Shown here: one piece after another, positions 19,493 to 30,334 of the stretch
Numbering within the stretch: position 1 is the stretch's first letter
Layout: every line of letters begins with the position of its first letter
NCBI GenBank assembly: GCA_035325995.1
Contig: DAOKYU010000004.1
Span: forward strand, 69,415-133,414
Origin: Thermodesulfobacteriota bacterium
GTDB lineage: Bacteria > Desulfobacterota_D > UBA1144 > Nemesobacterales > UBA2774
Length of the DNA stretch: 64,000 nt
Reading direction: 5' to 3'
Notes under the pieces: model-generated
Databases searched by the model: none
The model's input: only the letters and a program-made list of their open reading frames with translations
What the model was told of the DNA's origin: nothing
Made by a program: the position numbers and the translations under genes

Positions 19493-20248
19493 TTATACCT
19501 TCTTTATGTATCTGTCCACTATGTTGAGGAATTCCGAGGAAAAATTCTCCATGTCTATGTCGATGCGCTTTACACGGCTGATGAAGTAGTTGTACGCGAT
19601 AACGGCCGGGATAGCCGCCGCGAGGCCTATGGCCGTGGCGACGAGGGCCTCGGCGATACCCGGGGCGACGGCCTGGAGCGTCGGGACCCCCTGGCTACCG
19701 GCAAGTCCTATGAACGAAGTCATGATTCCCCAGACCGTGCCGAAGAGGCCTATGAACGGGGCCGCGCTGCCCGTCGTAGCGAGGAATATGAGCGAGCCTT
19801 CGAGCTTCGCCGTCTCGGAAGCCATCGTCCTCTTTAGCGCCCTCTCGACGAGCTCCACGATGCCTAGCTCGTTCGCTATGGCGTCCGGGCCGCTCCTCTG
19901 CTCCCCTCCCTGGCCCGAGCCTCCGGGACGCCTTAGCTTTAGTATCTCCGTATACCCGGCCCTGAAGACCTCGGCTATCGGCCCCTTAATGTGCTTCGTC
20001 GAGGAGAAAAGGTTCCCGAAGTTCCCGCTCGCGTTATAGAGCTCGAGGAACTTTTCGGACTGTTTGCCGGCCTTTCTCAGCATAATCGCTTTCGAAAAGA
20101 TGATCGCCCAGCAGACGACCGACATTATAAAAAGAAGGAGGAGGACCATCTTTACGACAGGCCCCGCGTCCGAAACGAGATGCATTATGTTTATCTGCCC
20201 GCCGTTAGAGGCCTGGGCTTCAACAGCAAGAAATAACCAGTTTGTCAT
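19493..20248 (-). CDS. exbB: MotA/TolQ/ExbB proton-channel protein
   Basis: Three TM helices with the conserved C-terminal TM2/TM3 region (FIGLFGTVWGIM). Confidence 0.9.
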   Translation of the reverse strand: MTNWLFLAVEAQASNGGQINIMHLVSDAGPVVKMVLLLLFIMSVVCWAIIFSKAIMLRKAGKQSEKFLELYNASGNFGNLFSSTKHIKGPIAEVFRAGYTEILKLRRPGGSGQGGEQRSGPDAIANELGIVELVERALKRTMASETAKLEGSLIFLATTGSAAPFIGLFGTVWGIMTSFIGLAGSQGVPTLQAVAPGIAEALVATAIGLAAAIPAVIAYNYFISRVKRIDIDMENFSSEFLNIVDRYIKKV

Positions 20249-20366
20249 ATGTGCTGCCCTGCTGAAAAGATGGATTTGGTAGTGAATAGAGAATCAACGT
20301 CTTTGATTGTAAGTACGATCGTGGCGCATCTAAGGTTTCAAGTTAAGTTTTCCATACCTGAATACC

Positions 20367-20412
20367 AAAATCAAATGATATTCCGTTTATAAATACGCAT
20401 TCATTTGATTTT
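20367..20412. promoter_or_regulatory. Perfect 12-bp inverted repeat AAAATCAAATGA-N22-TCATTTGATTTT in the divergent exbB / 20486 promoter region
   Basis: Seen directly in an AT-rich intergenic region. It is a candidate operator; the half-site shows weak similarity to Fur-box half-sites (AATGATA). Confidence 0.4.
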
Positions 20413-20485
20413 CGACCTAAAATGTACGATAGTCTCTAAAAATGTCCGGACCTCCCGGACTCTTGCACGGCGGAGGTGAGAAATA

Positions 20486-20935
20486 ATGAAACCCCAGGGA
20501 TTCTGCGCGGCATTGCTCGTCGCCCTTTTATGTGTATCGGCCGCTATTCCGGCGCAGGCACAGGAAAGATACAAAATAGTTATAGAGGAGAGCTTCTACG
20601 TCGTAAAGCCCGAGAATACGGACAAATTCCTCAAAGTCTATAGGGAAAAGCTCTACCCCTTCTGGAGCGAGATGCAGAAACGCGGCGTCATAGTGGACGA
20701 ATTCAGGCTCTATTCCCAAAGGGTCCACACGCTGAGCCCGCTCTGGACGTACAAGACCGTAGTAAAATTCAAGGACTACGAATCGATAGACAAGTGGCTC
20801 GGTCTAAGGGACGAGGTTTACGATTCGCTCTTCCCCGGCGAGGGCGGGTACGCGGCGCCCAGAAAGGAGATAGACCTCATAACCGAGGAGCACTGGGACG
20901 AGTTTATAAGGGAGATACCCCTCTCGACGAAGTAG
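20486..20935 (+). CDS. Secreted hypothetical protein (149 aa)
   Basis: Signal peptide MKPQGFCAALLVALLCVSAAIPAQA with a GGAGGTGAGAAATAATG RBS. No family recognised. Confidence 0.6.
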   Translation: MKPQGFCAALLVALLCVSAAIPAQAQERYKIVIEESFYVVKPENTDKFLKVYREKLYPFWSEMQKRGVIVDEFRLYSQRVHTLSPLWTYKTVVKFKDYESIDKWLGLRDEVYDSLFPGEGGYAAPRKEIDLITEEHWDEFIREIPLSTK

Positions 20936-21958
20936 CTATTCCGAAAAGAGCCCCTTCTGCATCCGGGGCATGGGGAAATCGAGATGCTTGTAGGCGAGCG
21001 GGGTCGCCGCCCTTCCGCGCGGGGTCTTGACTATAAGCCCTTCGCGTATGAGAAACGGCTCGTATACGTCTTCGAGCGTGTCCTTGTCCTCGCTCACGGC
21101 CGCGGCTATGGACTCGATGCCGACGGGGCCGCCGCCGAACTTGGTGATTATCGCCCCTAGTATCGCCCTGTCGAGCCCGTCGAGCCCGAGCGCATCTACT
21201 TCGAGCATTTCGAGCGCCGCGGCGGCTACGCCGCCGTCTATTACGCCGTCTGCCTTTACCTCGGCGAAGTCCCTCACCCTCTTTAAGAGCCTGTTCGCGA
21301 TGCGGGGCGTCCCCCTGGCGCGGCAGGCGAGCTCGGCCATGCCGTCCCCGGTTATTTCGACCCCGAGTATCCGCGCCGAGCGGGCGAGTATGCCCTCTAT
21401 CTCGTCCCCGGTGTAGTAATCCAGCCTGAGATCGACGCCGAAGCGGGATCTTAACGGAGACGTGAGAAGCCCCGTCCTCGTCGTCGCGCCGATTAGAGTG
21501 AACCTGCTTACCCCCACCTTCATCGACTTGGCCGTCGGCCCTTCGCCTATCATTATGTCTATCTTGTAGTCCTCCATCGCCGAGTAGAGGTATTCCTCGA
21601 CTATGCGGTTAAGACGGTGTATCTCGTCTATGAAGAGGACGTCCTTCTCTTCGAGGTTGGTGAGAATGGAGGCGAGGTCGCCGACCCTTTCGACTACCGG
21701 CCCCGAGGTGGAGTGTATTTTCACGCCGAGCTCGTTCGAGACAATATGAGCGAGTGTCGTCTTGCCGAGCCCGGGCGGGCCGTAAAGGAGGACGTGGTCG
21801 AGGGCCTCCTTTCTCCTCCGGGCGGCCTCGATGAATATGCCTATCTTCTCCTTCGCCCTGGACTGGCCGAGATATTCCGAGAGCCGCTCGGGTCTCAGGT
21901 TGACCTCGAAAAGGGACTCTTCCTCGTGGTCCCCCGGGCTTAGAACTCTCTCGGGCAT
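20936..21958 (-). CDS. ruvB: Holliday junction branch-migration helicase RuvB
   Basis: AAA+ motifs GPPGLGKTT and DEIHRL, plus the RuvB C-terminal winged helix. Confidence 0.95.
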   Translation of the reverse strand: MPERVLSPGDHEEESLFEVNLRPERLSEYLGQSRAKEKIGIFIEAARRRKEALDHVLLYGPPGLGKTTLAHIVSNELGVKIHSTSGPVVERVGDLASILTNLEEKDVLFIDEIHRLNRIVEEYLYSAMEDYKIDIMIGEGPTAKSMKVGVSRFTLIGATTRTGLLTSPLRSRFGVDLRLDYYTGDEIEGILARSARILGVEITGDGMAELACRARGTPRIANRLLKRVRDFAEVKADGVIDGGVAAAALEMLEVDALGLDGLDRAILGAIITKFGGGPVGIESIAAAVSEDKDTLEDVYEPFLIREGLIVKTPRGRAATPLAYKHLDFPMPRMQKGLFSE

Positions 21959-22030
21959 TTACAGTCTCCTCCGCTAGCTGGGTTTATTATAAACGACTTC
22001 CGGGGTGCGGGGAAAGAGGGCCGGCGCGGC

Positions 22031-22618
22031 TCACATCTTTTTCATTATGCGGAGTGTCTGACGGAGTGCGTATTCCATTTCGGGCTCGTTTGCGCAGACC
22101 TCTTCTATCTCGGATATGCGCTCGTCTATTTCGGCCTTCTTATACCCGACGTTGAGGAGCGCGGATACGACGTCCTCGAGCATCCCGGCCTCGCCCGGGC
22201 CTCCGGCCGCGAGCCCGAGCGCGGAGATTTTATCCCTGAGCTCGGTGACCAGGCGCGATGCGAGCTTGGGCCCTATGCCGGGTATCTTCCTCTTTGCGAG
22301 CTCGCCCGACGAAACGGCCGAGGCGAATTCGGCGGGGGAGATATTGGACAGTATGTTCGTCGCGAGCCTGGGCCCAACGCCGGCGACTCCTATGAGGAGC
22401 GTGAAGACAGCCCTCTCGTCCTCGGACAGAAAACCGAAGAGCTCTATGGCGGTGTCCTTTACGCTCGTATGTATTTTTAGCTCGGCCTCCTCGCCTACCG
22501 CGCCGAGCCTGTAGTACGTCGAAAGCGGAACCGTCACGCCGTAGCCGACGCCGTTTACGTCTACGACCACGCGGCCGAGCGGCTTTTCGGCGATCTTTCC
22601 TCTAAGAAGGGATATCAT
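22031..22618 (-). CDS. ruvA: Holliday junction DNA helicase RuvA
   Basis: MISLLRGKI... OB domain, tandem HhH motifs, and domain III. Confidence 0.9.
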   Translation of the reverse strand: MISLLRGKIAEKPLGRVVVDVNGVGYGVTVPLSTYYRLGAVGEEAELKIHTSVKDTAIELFGFLSEDERAVFTLLIGVAGVGPRLATNILSNISPAEFASAVSSGELAKRKIPGIGPKLASRLVTELRDKISALGLAAGGPGEAGMLEDVVSALLNVGYKKAEIDERISEIEEVCANEPEMEYALRQTLRIMKKM

Positions 22619-23147
22619 CGAGTGTAAAGCGTCTCCTCTTCCTCCGGGGCTGGAGGAATTCCTTTCCGAGCTTCTGCTCGATGCGCGAGAGATGAATGTG
22701 GCAGAGCGCTATGGCCACCGCGTCCGAAGCGTCCTCAGATTCGAATTCCGGGACATCGAGCAGCATCGTTATCATGCGCCTTACGTCCGACTTCGAGGCG
22801 CGCCCGCGCCCCGTCAGCGCGAGCTTTACCTTCGTCGGAGAGTATTCGCAGACGTCGAGGCCGGAATTGGACGCCGCGAGCAACGCTATGCCCCTCGCCT
22901 CGCCGAGCGTAATCGCGCTCCGGGCGTTCTTCGAAAAGAACATGCTCTCGACAGACATTATGAGCGGGGAATGGCCTTTTATCACGCCGAGAAGGCCGTC
23001 GTATATTATGGAAAGCCTTTTGGAAACCGGGAGCCCGGGGGAGGCCGTTATGCAGCCGCTTGTGACGTGGGTCACCCCGCCGTTTACGGACTCCAGAACC
23101 CCGTACCCGCAAACCCTGGAGCCGGGGTCGATTCCTATAACCCTCAT
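22602..23147 (-). CDS. ruvC: Crossover junction endodeoxyribonuclease RuvC
   Basis: MRVIGIDPGSRVCGYGV... catalytic D/E residues. The start was chosen at ATG 23147, which lies 1 nt after the yebC stop. Confidence 0.9.
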   Translation of the reverse strand: MRVIGIDPGSRVCGYGVLESVNGGVTHVTSGCITASPGLPVSKRLSIIYDGLLGVIKGHSPLIMSVESMFFSKNARSAITLGEARGIALLAASNSGLDVCEYSPTKVKLALTGRGRASKSDVRRMITMLLDVPEFESEDASDAVAIALCHIHLSRIEQKLGKEFLQPRRKRRRFTLDDIPS

Positions 23148-23148
23148 T

Positions 23149-23898
23149 TTACGATGCAAGGCTCATCATGAGCTCTTCGGAGACGTCGAAGTTGGAGTAG
23201 ACGTTCTGAACGTCGTCGCTGTCTTCGAGGGCTTCCATGAGGCGTATCATGTGCTCGGCCTCCTTGCCCTCTATCTTGACGCTGTTCTGCGGGATCATCG
23301 TCACTTCGGCGTTCTCGTATTTAAGGCCGGCGCCGTCTATGGCCGACCTGACCGTTTCGAACTCCTCGGGCGGCGTGATCACCACGAGCTCGCTCTCCTC
23401 CGTTACTACGTCTTCCGCGCCGGCTTCGAGCGCAATCTCGATGATGCGATCCTCTTCCACCTTGTCCTTCTCGAAGGCTATGCGCCCCTTCATGTGGAAC
23501 ATCCACGCAACGCAGCCGTTCTCGCCGAGGCTCCCGCCGTGCTTCGTGAATATGCGCCTTATGTCGGAGACGGTCCTGTTTTTGTTATCCGTGAGGGCCT
23601 GGACCAGCACGGCGCTACCGCCCGGGCCGTACCCCTCGTAGGAAAGCTCCTGAAAGTCGTCCCCGCCTATCTCGCCCGTGCCGCGCTTGATGGCGCGGTC
23701 TATAGTGTCGTTGGGCATGTTCTGGTTCTTGGCAGCGGCAATCGCCGTTCTCAGCCTCGGGTTGGCTTCCACATCGCCGCCGCCCTGCTTCGCCGCAACC
23801 GTAAGCTCGCGTATGAGCTTCGTAAACACCTTGCCCCTCTTTGCGTCGACCGCAGCCTTTCTATGTTTGATATTAGCCCATTTTGAATGTCCTGACAT
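23149..23898 (-). CDS. yebC: YebC/PmpR family DNA-binding transcriptional regulator
   Basis: [28 protein letters not shown]... is the canonical YebC N-terminus. Confidence 0.9.
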   Translation of the reverse strand: MSGHSKWANIKHRKAAVDAKRGKVFTKLIRELTVAAKQGGGDVEANPRLRTAIAAAKNQNMPNDTIDRAIKRGTGEIGGDDFQELSYEGYGPGGSAVLVQALTDNKNRTVSDIRRIFTKHGGSLGENGCVAWMFHMKGRIAFEKDKVEEDRIIEIALEAGAEDVVTEESELVVITPPEEFETVRSAIDGAGLKYENAEVTMIPQNSVKIEGKEAEHMIRLMEALEDSDDVQNVYSNFDVSEELMMSLAS

Positions 23899-24002
23899 GG
23901 CTGTTCACCTCGCGTCCAAGTATCCAGATTTAATGAAGATATTAACGCTATCCATAAAATTTTATAATATCGGGCGGAAACTGGCAAGAGCGGCGCGGGC
24001 CG

Positions 24003-24977
24003 TCATTTCACCCTTCTCACCGTAACCGTAAGGGGCTGAGCCCCGCCGATTTTCGTCGTTATCGTCGATACGGTAGCGCCCTTGTTTATCTCGCCCACGG
24101 TAAGAATCTTCGTCGAAGGGTCTATCACCTGCCCCGAAAGGGAGCTGAAATCGAACCTTATCTCGGCGTCGTCCGGAAGTCCGAATACCTCGGCCGTAAT
24201 CGGCGCCGGGGAGCCTATATCCGTCTCGGGCACTATAATATTGTATCCCCACGCCGGAATGTCCGAGTTAAAGAACGTTCCGCCCGGCTTTTTGAGGCTC
24301 ACCCTCATATTCCCCGAGGAATCGACCACGCTCCCGGGAAGGTCGATGAACTCAACCGCCGCCTGGTCGGACTTCATGGCTATGATGTTCCCGTTTATAA
24401 AGCCGTTGTCCGTCGTGTTCATAATTCCTATTTCGTACTTGTCGGGCTCGAGAACGTTCTGGGAGGGGAAGGTCAACGTCGTATTCAGGTATCCGAATTC
24501 GATGAGCACCTTCTTTATGGTGCCTAGCTCGCCGGAAGAGGCTGGGGGCGGTGTCCCGGGCTTCGAGATCTTGAGTATGCCGCTCGCCCCCGAGACTATG
24601 ACGCCGTAGGAGCCCGACGCCGCCGCGGGAAGGCTGAACTTCCTCCAGCCGCCGGTTATGGCCCTTACCTCTATGTCCACTTTCTGCCCCAAAAGCCCGC
24701 TTTCGTTTATCGTTCGTACGGACGTGATTTTCCCTGTATACAGGGGGTTCACGTAAATCTCGCCGCCCAGAGACGTGAATTCGATTTCCGTATACTGCGG
24801 GCCCGACGCCGGGCCCGGCCCGTCGTTCGCATCGTCACCCGCCTGGGCCAGAACGAGCCCGTCCGTACCCGGGTGGCGGGGGGCCCCCGGGCCGGCCGCG
24901 AAGCAAAGCGCGCCGGCCGCGAAAACGGCCAGCGGCAGGATGGCGAGCCACGTAAAGACGTTAAGTGTCCTTGTCAT
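24003..24977 (-). CDS. Secreted hypothetical protein (324 aa), beta-rich
   Basis: Signal peptide (MTRTLNVFTWLAILPLAVFAAGA). No recognisable motifs. Consistent codon usage. Confidence 0.55.
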   Translation of the reverse strand: MTRTLNVFTWLAILPLAVFAAGALCFAAGPGAPRHPGTDGLVLAQAGDDANDGPGPASGPQYTEIEFTSLGGEIYVNPLYTGKITSVRTINESGLLGQKVDIEVRAITGGWRKFSLPAAASGSYGVIVSGASGILKISKPGTPPPASSGELGTIKKVLIEFGYLNTTLTFPSQNVLEPDKYEIGIMNTTDNGFINGNIIAMKSDQAAVEFIDLPGSVVDSSGNMRVSLKKPGGTFFNSDIPAWGYNIIVPETDIGSPAPITAEVFGLPDDAEIRFDFSSLSGQVIDPSTKILTVGEINKGATVSTITTKIGGAQPLTVTVRRVK

Positions 24978-25128
24978 AAGTCCCTCTTTCGTATATCTTT
25001 TTATTGAAAACCGGATAATACGCCCCCTCAGTCCGCTAGTTCATTATAGCATAAAGGAGCCCCTTTGTTTAAGCGGACCCCGGAACCGTATATACGCCGG
25101 AAGCGTTATTATTCCCGAAAATACTCAC

Positions 25129-25158
25129 TTGACAACTTACTCGTTTAACATGCATAAT
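25129..25158 (+). promoter_or_regulatory. Candidate sigma-70 promoter for rho (TTGACA-N18-CATAAT)
   Basis: Perfect -35 and near-consensus -10, about 120 nt upstream of the rho ATG in an AT-rich leader. Confidence 0.45.
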
Positions 25159-25278
25159 AAAGGTGTCTGAAACTTTTATCGCAACTCAAAGAGAACTGAC
25201 ACTCATTTCCGTACATTCGTAGCGAGACATTTGCATTAAACTCCTAAAAAACCACACGAGGGCAAGGACCAGGAACAT

Positions 25279-26592
25279 ATGGCTAGAGCAACCAAATTAC
25301 GGGAAAAATCCGAGGATAAAGAAACCGTCCAGGAAGCACATTTCCTTAATCTAAACGACATAAGAAACAAGAAAAACGTAGAGCTCATGAAGATGGCGAG
25401 GGACCTCGAAATCGAAGAGACCTCCCGCATGACCAAGCAGGACATAATCTACGCGATACTCAAGGCGCAGAGCGAAAAAGAGGGCGTGATATACGCCGAG
25501 GGCGTACTCGAAATACTTTCCGAGGGATACGGTTTCCTCCGCTCGCCGAAGTACAGCTACCTTCCAGGCCCGGACGATATCTACGTATCGAAATCGCAGA
25601 TAAGGTCTTTTAACCTGAAGACGGGCGACACGGTAGGCGGCCAGGTCCGCCTCCCGAGAGAGGGCGAGAAGAACCTCGCGCTCCTCAAGATAGAAGAGGT
25701 CAACTTCGACTCGCCCGAAGCCTGCAGGGAGCGCGTCGCTTTCGAAAACCGCGTGCCCCTTCATCCCGAGGAGAAGATAGTCCTCGAGCACGATCCCAAC
25801 GAATTCTGCAGCCGCGTCCTCGACCTTTTCATCCCCATAGGCAAGGGGCAGAGGGGTCTCATAGTCGCGCCGCCCAGGACGGGTAAGACGATACTCCTCC
25901 AGAGGATAGCGAACGCAATAACCCAGAATCACCCCGAAGTAATGCTGATAGTCCTCCTCATAGACGAGCGCCCCGAAGAGGTCACGGACATGGACAGGTC
26001 CGTAAACGGCGAGGTCGTGAGCTCGACTTTCGACGAGCCGCCGCAGCGCCACATACAGGTCGCCGACATGGTCCTCGAAAAGGCCAAGAGGCTCGTCGAG
26101 CACGGTAAGGACGTCGTCATTCTTTTGGACAGCCTCACGCGTCTCGCACGCGCAAGCAACACCGTAACCCCCGCCAGCGGAAGGGTGCTCTCGGGCGGTA
26201 TGGAGGCCAACGCCCTCCAGAGGCCGAAGAGGTTCTTCGGCGCCGCGAGGAACACCGAAGAAGGCGGGAGCCTCACCATCATCGCGACGGCGCTCTTCGA
26301 CACCGGCAGCAGGATGGACGAGGTCATCTTCGAAGAGTTCAAGGGCACGGGCAACATGGAGGCCTACCTCGACAGGAGGCTCGCCGACAAGAGGGTCTTC
26401 CCGGCCATCGATCTCCAGCGCTCCGGCACGAGGAAAGAAGAGCTCCTTCTCGACGCGGACATACTCAACAAGGTCTGGCTCCTGAGAAAGGTGCTGAGCC
26501 CGATGAACACCGTCGAGGCGATGGAGTTCCTGCTCGACAAGATGAGCGGCACGAAGTCGAACAAAGAGTTCTTCAACATGATGAACTCCTGA
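25279..26592 (+). CDS. rho: Transcription termination factor Rho
   Basis: N-terminal RNA-binding OB domain and a RecA-like ATPase domain with Walker A (PPRTGKT), Q-loop and R-loop. Confidence 0.95.
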   Translation: MARATKLREKSEDKETVQEAHFLNLNDIRNKKNVELMKMARDLEIEETSRMTKQDIIYAILKAQSEKEGVIYAEGVLEILSEGYGFLRSPKYSYLPGPDDIYVSKSQIRSFNLKTGDTVGGQVRLPREGEKNLALLKIEEVNFDSPEACRERVAFENRVPLHPEEKIVLEHDPNEFCSRVLDLFIPIGKGQRGLIVAPPRTGKTILLQRIANAITQNHPEVMLIVLLIDERPEEVTDMDRSVNGEVVSSTFDEPPQRHIQVADMVLEKAKRLVEHGKDVVILLDSLTRLARASNTVTPASGRVLSGGMEANALQRPKRFFGAARNTEEGGSLTIIATALFDTGSRMDEVIFEEFKGTGNMEAYLDRRLADKRVFPAIDLQRSGTRKEELLLDADILNKVWLLRKVLSPMNTVEAMEFLLDKMSGTKSNKEFFNMMNS

Positions 26593-26713
26593 CGCGCTCG
26601 CGGGTAATCCGAATAAAACCGGCAGTCTAAAAACCCGGGCCGGCCGGGACACGGTGGAGTTTCGCCTTTCGCTTGCCCCCGGCTCCCCGGCCCTTTAGAA
26701 TAAGTTCAGACTC

Positions 26714-28471
26714 TTGAACCACTTCAAAAGGGGCTCGACCGCTTTATACGCCGCGCTTCTCACAGCGGCCCTGCTCACGGCGTTCATATCGCCCGTGACT
26801 GTGGGCCCGCGCGCCTCGGACCTCCCGGGGCCCGACCGGGAAGCGATCTTCCACCCCGTCTACGCGCAAAACGGGATGGTCGTGTCCGAGGAGAAGCACG
26901 CGACCGAGGCGGGGCTCCAGGTTTTGAAAGAAGGAGGGAACGCCGTAGACGCCGCCGTTACGGCCGGCTTCGTCCTCGCAGTGACGTTCCCCCGCGCGGG
27001 CAACCTCGGCGGGGGCGGATTCATGCTCGTCCGCATGGCCGAAACGGGCGAGGTCGTCGCGATCGACTATAGAGAGAAGGCCCCCATGGCCGTTACGGCC
27101 GGGACGTTCCTCGACGAGGACGGCAACGTCGATACCGAAAAAACCCGCTACAGCGTCCTTTCGGCCGGGGTCCCGGGCACAGTCGCGGGGCTTGCGCTCG
27201 CTCTCGAAAAATACGGCACGATACCGCTCGAACGGGCGATACGCCCGGCGCTGGAGCTCGCCGAGAACGGCTTTCCGGTTAGCGAAGGCCTCGCGGCCTC
27301 GCTCGATGACGCGAGACCCCGCATGGAAAAGGAGCCCGGGAGCATACGGGTTTTCTTCAAGGAAGGGGGCGAGCCCTATGCACCGGGGGATGTTCTGGTG
27401 CAGAAGGACCTCGCGGAGACCTTGAGGCTCATTTCCGAGCACGGCCCCGGGGCGTTTTACGAAGGCGAGATAGCCGTCAAAATAGCCCGGTTCATGAAGG
27501 AGAGGGGCGGTCTCATAACGGAAAAGGACCTTAAGGAGTACAGCGCGGCGCCGAGAGAGCCCGTCCGCGGGACGTACAGGGGGTACAAGATATACTCCAT
27601 GCCTCCCCCGAGCTCGGGCGGCGTGCATTTGATCGAGATGCTGAATATCCTCGAAGGGTTTCCCCTCGGCGAATACGGGCACAACACCGCGAGGACCATA
27701 AACCTCATGGCCGAGGCGATGAAGTTCGCCTACGCCGACCGCTCGGAGCACCTCGGAGACCCGGACTTCAAAAAAGTGCCGGTGGCGGAGCTCACATCCA
27801 AGAAGTACGCCGAAAAGCTCAGGAAGAAAATGTCTCCCGGAAGGGTTACGCCGTCCGTCCTCGTAAAGCCCGGCGAAATGCCCCATGGAGAGGGGCGGAA
27901 TACGACCCACTTTTCGGTTGTTGATTCGAAAGGCAACATGGTCTCCAACACCTACACGCTCAACTTCGATTACGGCTCGAAGATAATCGTCCCCGGGACG
28001 GGGATACTCCTAAATAACGAGATGGACGATTTCTCCATGAAGCCGGGCGAGCCTAACGCCTACGGCCTCCTCGGGGGACAGGCCAACTCCCCCGAGCCCG
28101 GAAAGAGGATGTTGAGCTCGATGACGCCGACCCTCGTATTAAAAGACGGCGAGCCGTTCCTGGCCACGGGGAGCCCCGGCGGGAGCCTAATCATAACGAC
28201 GGTCCTTCAGATAATCACGAACGTTATAGACTTCGGGATGAATATCTCGGAGGCGACGAACGCGCCGCGCGTGCATCACCAATGGCTCCCGGACAAGCTC
28301 CGTATCGAAAAGGGCATATCGGGGGATACGCTCCGGCTTTTGACGGAAAGGGGCTACACCATAGATACGGGCAACACGATGGGGAGCGCACAGAGTATCA
28401 TGAAAAAAGGGGAATTCCTTTACGGCGCTTCCGACCCGAGAAGGCCGGGCGGCCTTGCGGAAGGATACTAG
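26714..28471 (+). CDS. ggt: Gamma-glutamyltransferase
   Basis: The catalytic Thr is in the TTHFSVVD motif, with small-subunit motifs [20 protein letters not shown]. The TTG start is uncertain. It has a hydrophobic N-terminus. Confidence 0.9.
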   Translation: MNHFKRGSTALYAALLTAALLTAFISPVTVGPRASDLPGPDREAIFHPVYAQNGMVVSEEKHATEAGLQVLKEGGNAVDAAVTAGFVLAVTFPRAGNLGGGGFMLVRMAETGEVVAIDYREKAPMAVTAGTFLDEDGNVDTEKTRYSVLSAGVPGTVAGLALALEKYGTIPLERAIRPALELAENGFPVSEGLAASLDDARPRMEKEPGSIRVFFKEGGEPYAPGDVLVQKDLAETLRLISEHGPGAFYEGEIAVKIARFMKERGGLITEKDLKEYSAAPREPVRGTYRGYKIYSMPPPSSGGVHLIEMLNILEGFPLGEYGHNTARTINLMAEAMKFAYADRSEHLGDPDFKKVPVAELTSKKYAEKLRKKMSPGRVTPSVLVKPGEMPHGEGRNTTHFSVVDSKGNMVSNTYTLNFDYGSKIIVPGTGILLNNEMDDFSMKPGEPNAYGLLGGQANSPEPGKRMLSSMTPTLVLKDGEPFLATGSPGGSLIITTVLQIITNVIDFGMNISEATNAPRVHHQWLPDKLRIEKGISGDTLRLLTERGYTIDTGNTMGSAQSIMKKGEFLYGASDPRRPGGLAEGY

Positions 28472-29457
28472 ACGGTTATTTCCAGCATCCTGTCTATGGA
28501 CTTCTTGGCCAGCCTCGCGGTGGCGGCGGGGACCCTGACCTCGTAGACCTCTTCTTCGAGGGCCTTCAAAACCTTGTCGAGCGTTATCATCTTCATGAAC
28601 CTGCAGACCGCGTCTTCCCTCGCCGGGTAGAAGGTCTTGTCCGGGTTGGCCTTACGGAGAGGGTGAAGCATTCCCGTTTCGGTTGCTATGACGAATTCCC
28701 TGGCATCCGAGGACACGGCGTGCTTTATCATTCCTCCCGTGGAGAGGAACTTGACGTGTCCGTTGCCGTTTCCATTGCCGTTGGAGGGGCCGTTCATGCT
28801 CTCGTACATGAGGCTCGTCGTGCACCCGCATTCGGGGTGAACGATCATCTCGGCCCCGGGGTGATGGCTTTCCATCTCCTCGAGGTCGCGCGTTCTTATG
28901 CCGGCATGGACGTGGCACTCGCCCGGCCATATGTGGAGCTTCCGGCCGGTGACCCTGGCCGCATAGGCCCCGAGGAACATGTCCGGGAGAAAGAGTATTT
29001 CCTTATCTTCGGGTATGGATTTTACGACCTTTACGGCGTTCGAGGAAGTGCAGCAGTAATCGCTCTCGGCCTTCACCTCGGCCGTCGTGTTTATGTACGA
29101 AACGACGACCGCGCCCGGGTGCTCGCCCTTCCACGCCCTGAGCTGGTCGGCCGTTATGGCGTCGGCAAGCGTGCACCCCGCTTTTATATCCGGGATGAGC
29201 ACCTTCTTTTCGGGGGAGATTATGGAAGCCGTCTCGGCCATGAAATGAACGCCGCAAAAGACGATGATATCCGCCTCGGTCGTGGCCGCCATCTGCGAGA
29301 GGGCAAGTGAATCGCCTGTGAAGTCGGCTATATCCTGCACCTCGGGAATCTGATAATTGTGCGCCAGGATGACAGCATTTTTCTCTTTCCTGAGAAAATC
29401 TATCTTCTCCGCAACGCCCTTGCGCTCGGTCATTCTTTCCTCAAGCTTCTTATGCAC
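28468..29457 (-). CDS. nadA: Quinolinate synthase NadA
   Basis: Conserved NadA blocks (VILAHNYQ, ...HFMAETA..., Cys ligands). It contains an unusual (NG)n insertion, [13 protein letters not shown]. Confidence 0.9.
   Translation of the reverse strand: MHKKLEERMTERKGVAEKIDFLRKEKNAVILAHNYQIPEVQDIADFTGDSLALSQMAATTEADIIVFCGVHFMAETASIISPEKKVLIPDIKAGCTLADAITADQLRAWKGEHPGAVVVSYINTTAEVKAESDYCCTSSNAVKVVKSIPEDKEILFLPDMFLGAYAARVTGRKLHIWPGECHVHAGIRTRDLEEMESHHPGAEMIVHPECGCTTSLMYESMNGPSNGNGNGNGHVKFLSTGGMIKHAVSSDAREFVIATETGMLHPLRKANPDKTFYPAREDAVCRFMKMITLDKVLKALEEEVYEVRVPAATARLAKKSIDRMLEITV
28752..28791 (-). repeat. In-frame (Asn-Gly)n microsatellite-like insertion inside nadA
   Basis: The coding strand reads aacggc/aatgga repeats encoding [13 protein letters not shown]. 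Confidence 0.6.
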
Positions 29458-29469
29458 TGGAAATGTAAA

Positions 29470-30315
29470 TTATACCAGATAGAGACCTATATCTAAAGCC
29501 GGCGGGGAGTGGGTGACGGCGCCGACGGAGATGAAGTTGACCCCGGTTTCGGCGACTTCCCTTATATTCCTGAGCGTAATCCTGCCCGAAGCCTCGACCA
29601 GTGCGGCCCCGTCGATGAGCCTTACCGCCTTTTCCATCTGCCCGGTATCCATGTTGTCGAGCATTATTATGTCTGCCCCGGAGATAAGGGCCTCCTTTAC
29701 CTCTTCGAGATTGGAAGCCTCGACCTCTATCTTGAACTTGTTCTTGTATTTCTTCCGCATTATCTGGACGGCGTTCGAGATACCGCCGGCCATTTTTATG
29801 TGGTTGTCCTTTATGAGAATCCCGTCGTAGAGTCCGAAGCGGTGGTTGAATCCCCCGCCGACGGCGACCGCGTACTTGTCGAGCACCCTGAATCCGGGCA
29901 CGGTTTTTCTCGTGTCGAGTATCTTCACGGGAAGCCCCTCGACGGCCTTTACGTACTTTGCCGTCAGCGTCGCCACCCCCGATAGGCGCTGCATTATGTT
30001 GAGCGCGAGCCGCTCCCCCGAGAGGAGCGCCCTCGTCGAGCCGTTTATCTCGCTAAGAACGTTGCCGGGCCTTATCTCGTCGCCGTCGTTCACGTTATCG
30101 ACGCATACGACAGTATGGTCGAGCTTCTGAAATACCCTCTTCGCTATCGGAAGCCCCGCGACTATGCCGCGCGCCTTGGCGCGTATAACGGCCTTGCAGT
30201 CTTCGCTCTCCGGCGCGAGGGCGTTCGTCGTGACGTCGCCGTCGCCTATGTCTTCCCTTAGCGCGTATTCTATGAGCCTGTCTACACGTGTAAAATCGAG
30301 TTCTACTTTCCTCAT
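29470..30315 (-). CDS. nadC: Nicotinate-nucleotide pyrophosphorylase (carboxylating) NadC
   Basis: Quinolinate phosphoribosyltransferase N- and C-terminal domains (…MLDNM...). Confidence 0.9.
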   Translation of the reverse strand: MRKVELDFTRVDRLIEYALREDIGDGDVTTNALAPESEDCKAVIRAKARGIVAGLPIAKRVFQKLDHTVVCVDNVNDGDEIRPGNVLSEINGSTRALLSGERLALNIMQRLSGVATLTAKYVKAVEGLPVKILDTRKTVPGFRVLDKYAVAVGGGFNHRFGLYDGILIKDNHIKMAGGISNAVQIMRKKYKNKFKIEVEASNLEEVKEALISGADIIMLDNMDTGQMEKAVRLIDGAALVEASGRITLRNIREVAETGVNFISVGAVTHSPPALDIGLYLV

Positions 30316-30334
30316 CTTTTCTTCCGCGGTCTCC

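Noticed and set aside
25351-26652. 433-aa minus-strand ORF opposite rho
   Set aside because: Antisense shadow. rho is unambiguous.
26593-26713. Terminator after rho (CCCGGGCCGGCCGGGA hairpin)
   Set aside because: GC hairpin without a following U-tract. It could be a Rho-dependent termination region or a structured ggt 5' UTR; not callable.
26744-29310. Long antisense ORFs opposite ggt and nadA (26744..27910 -, 28282..29310 +)
   Set aside because: Shadow frames of conserved enzymes.
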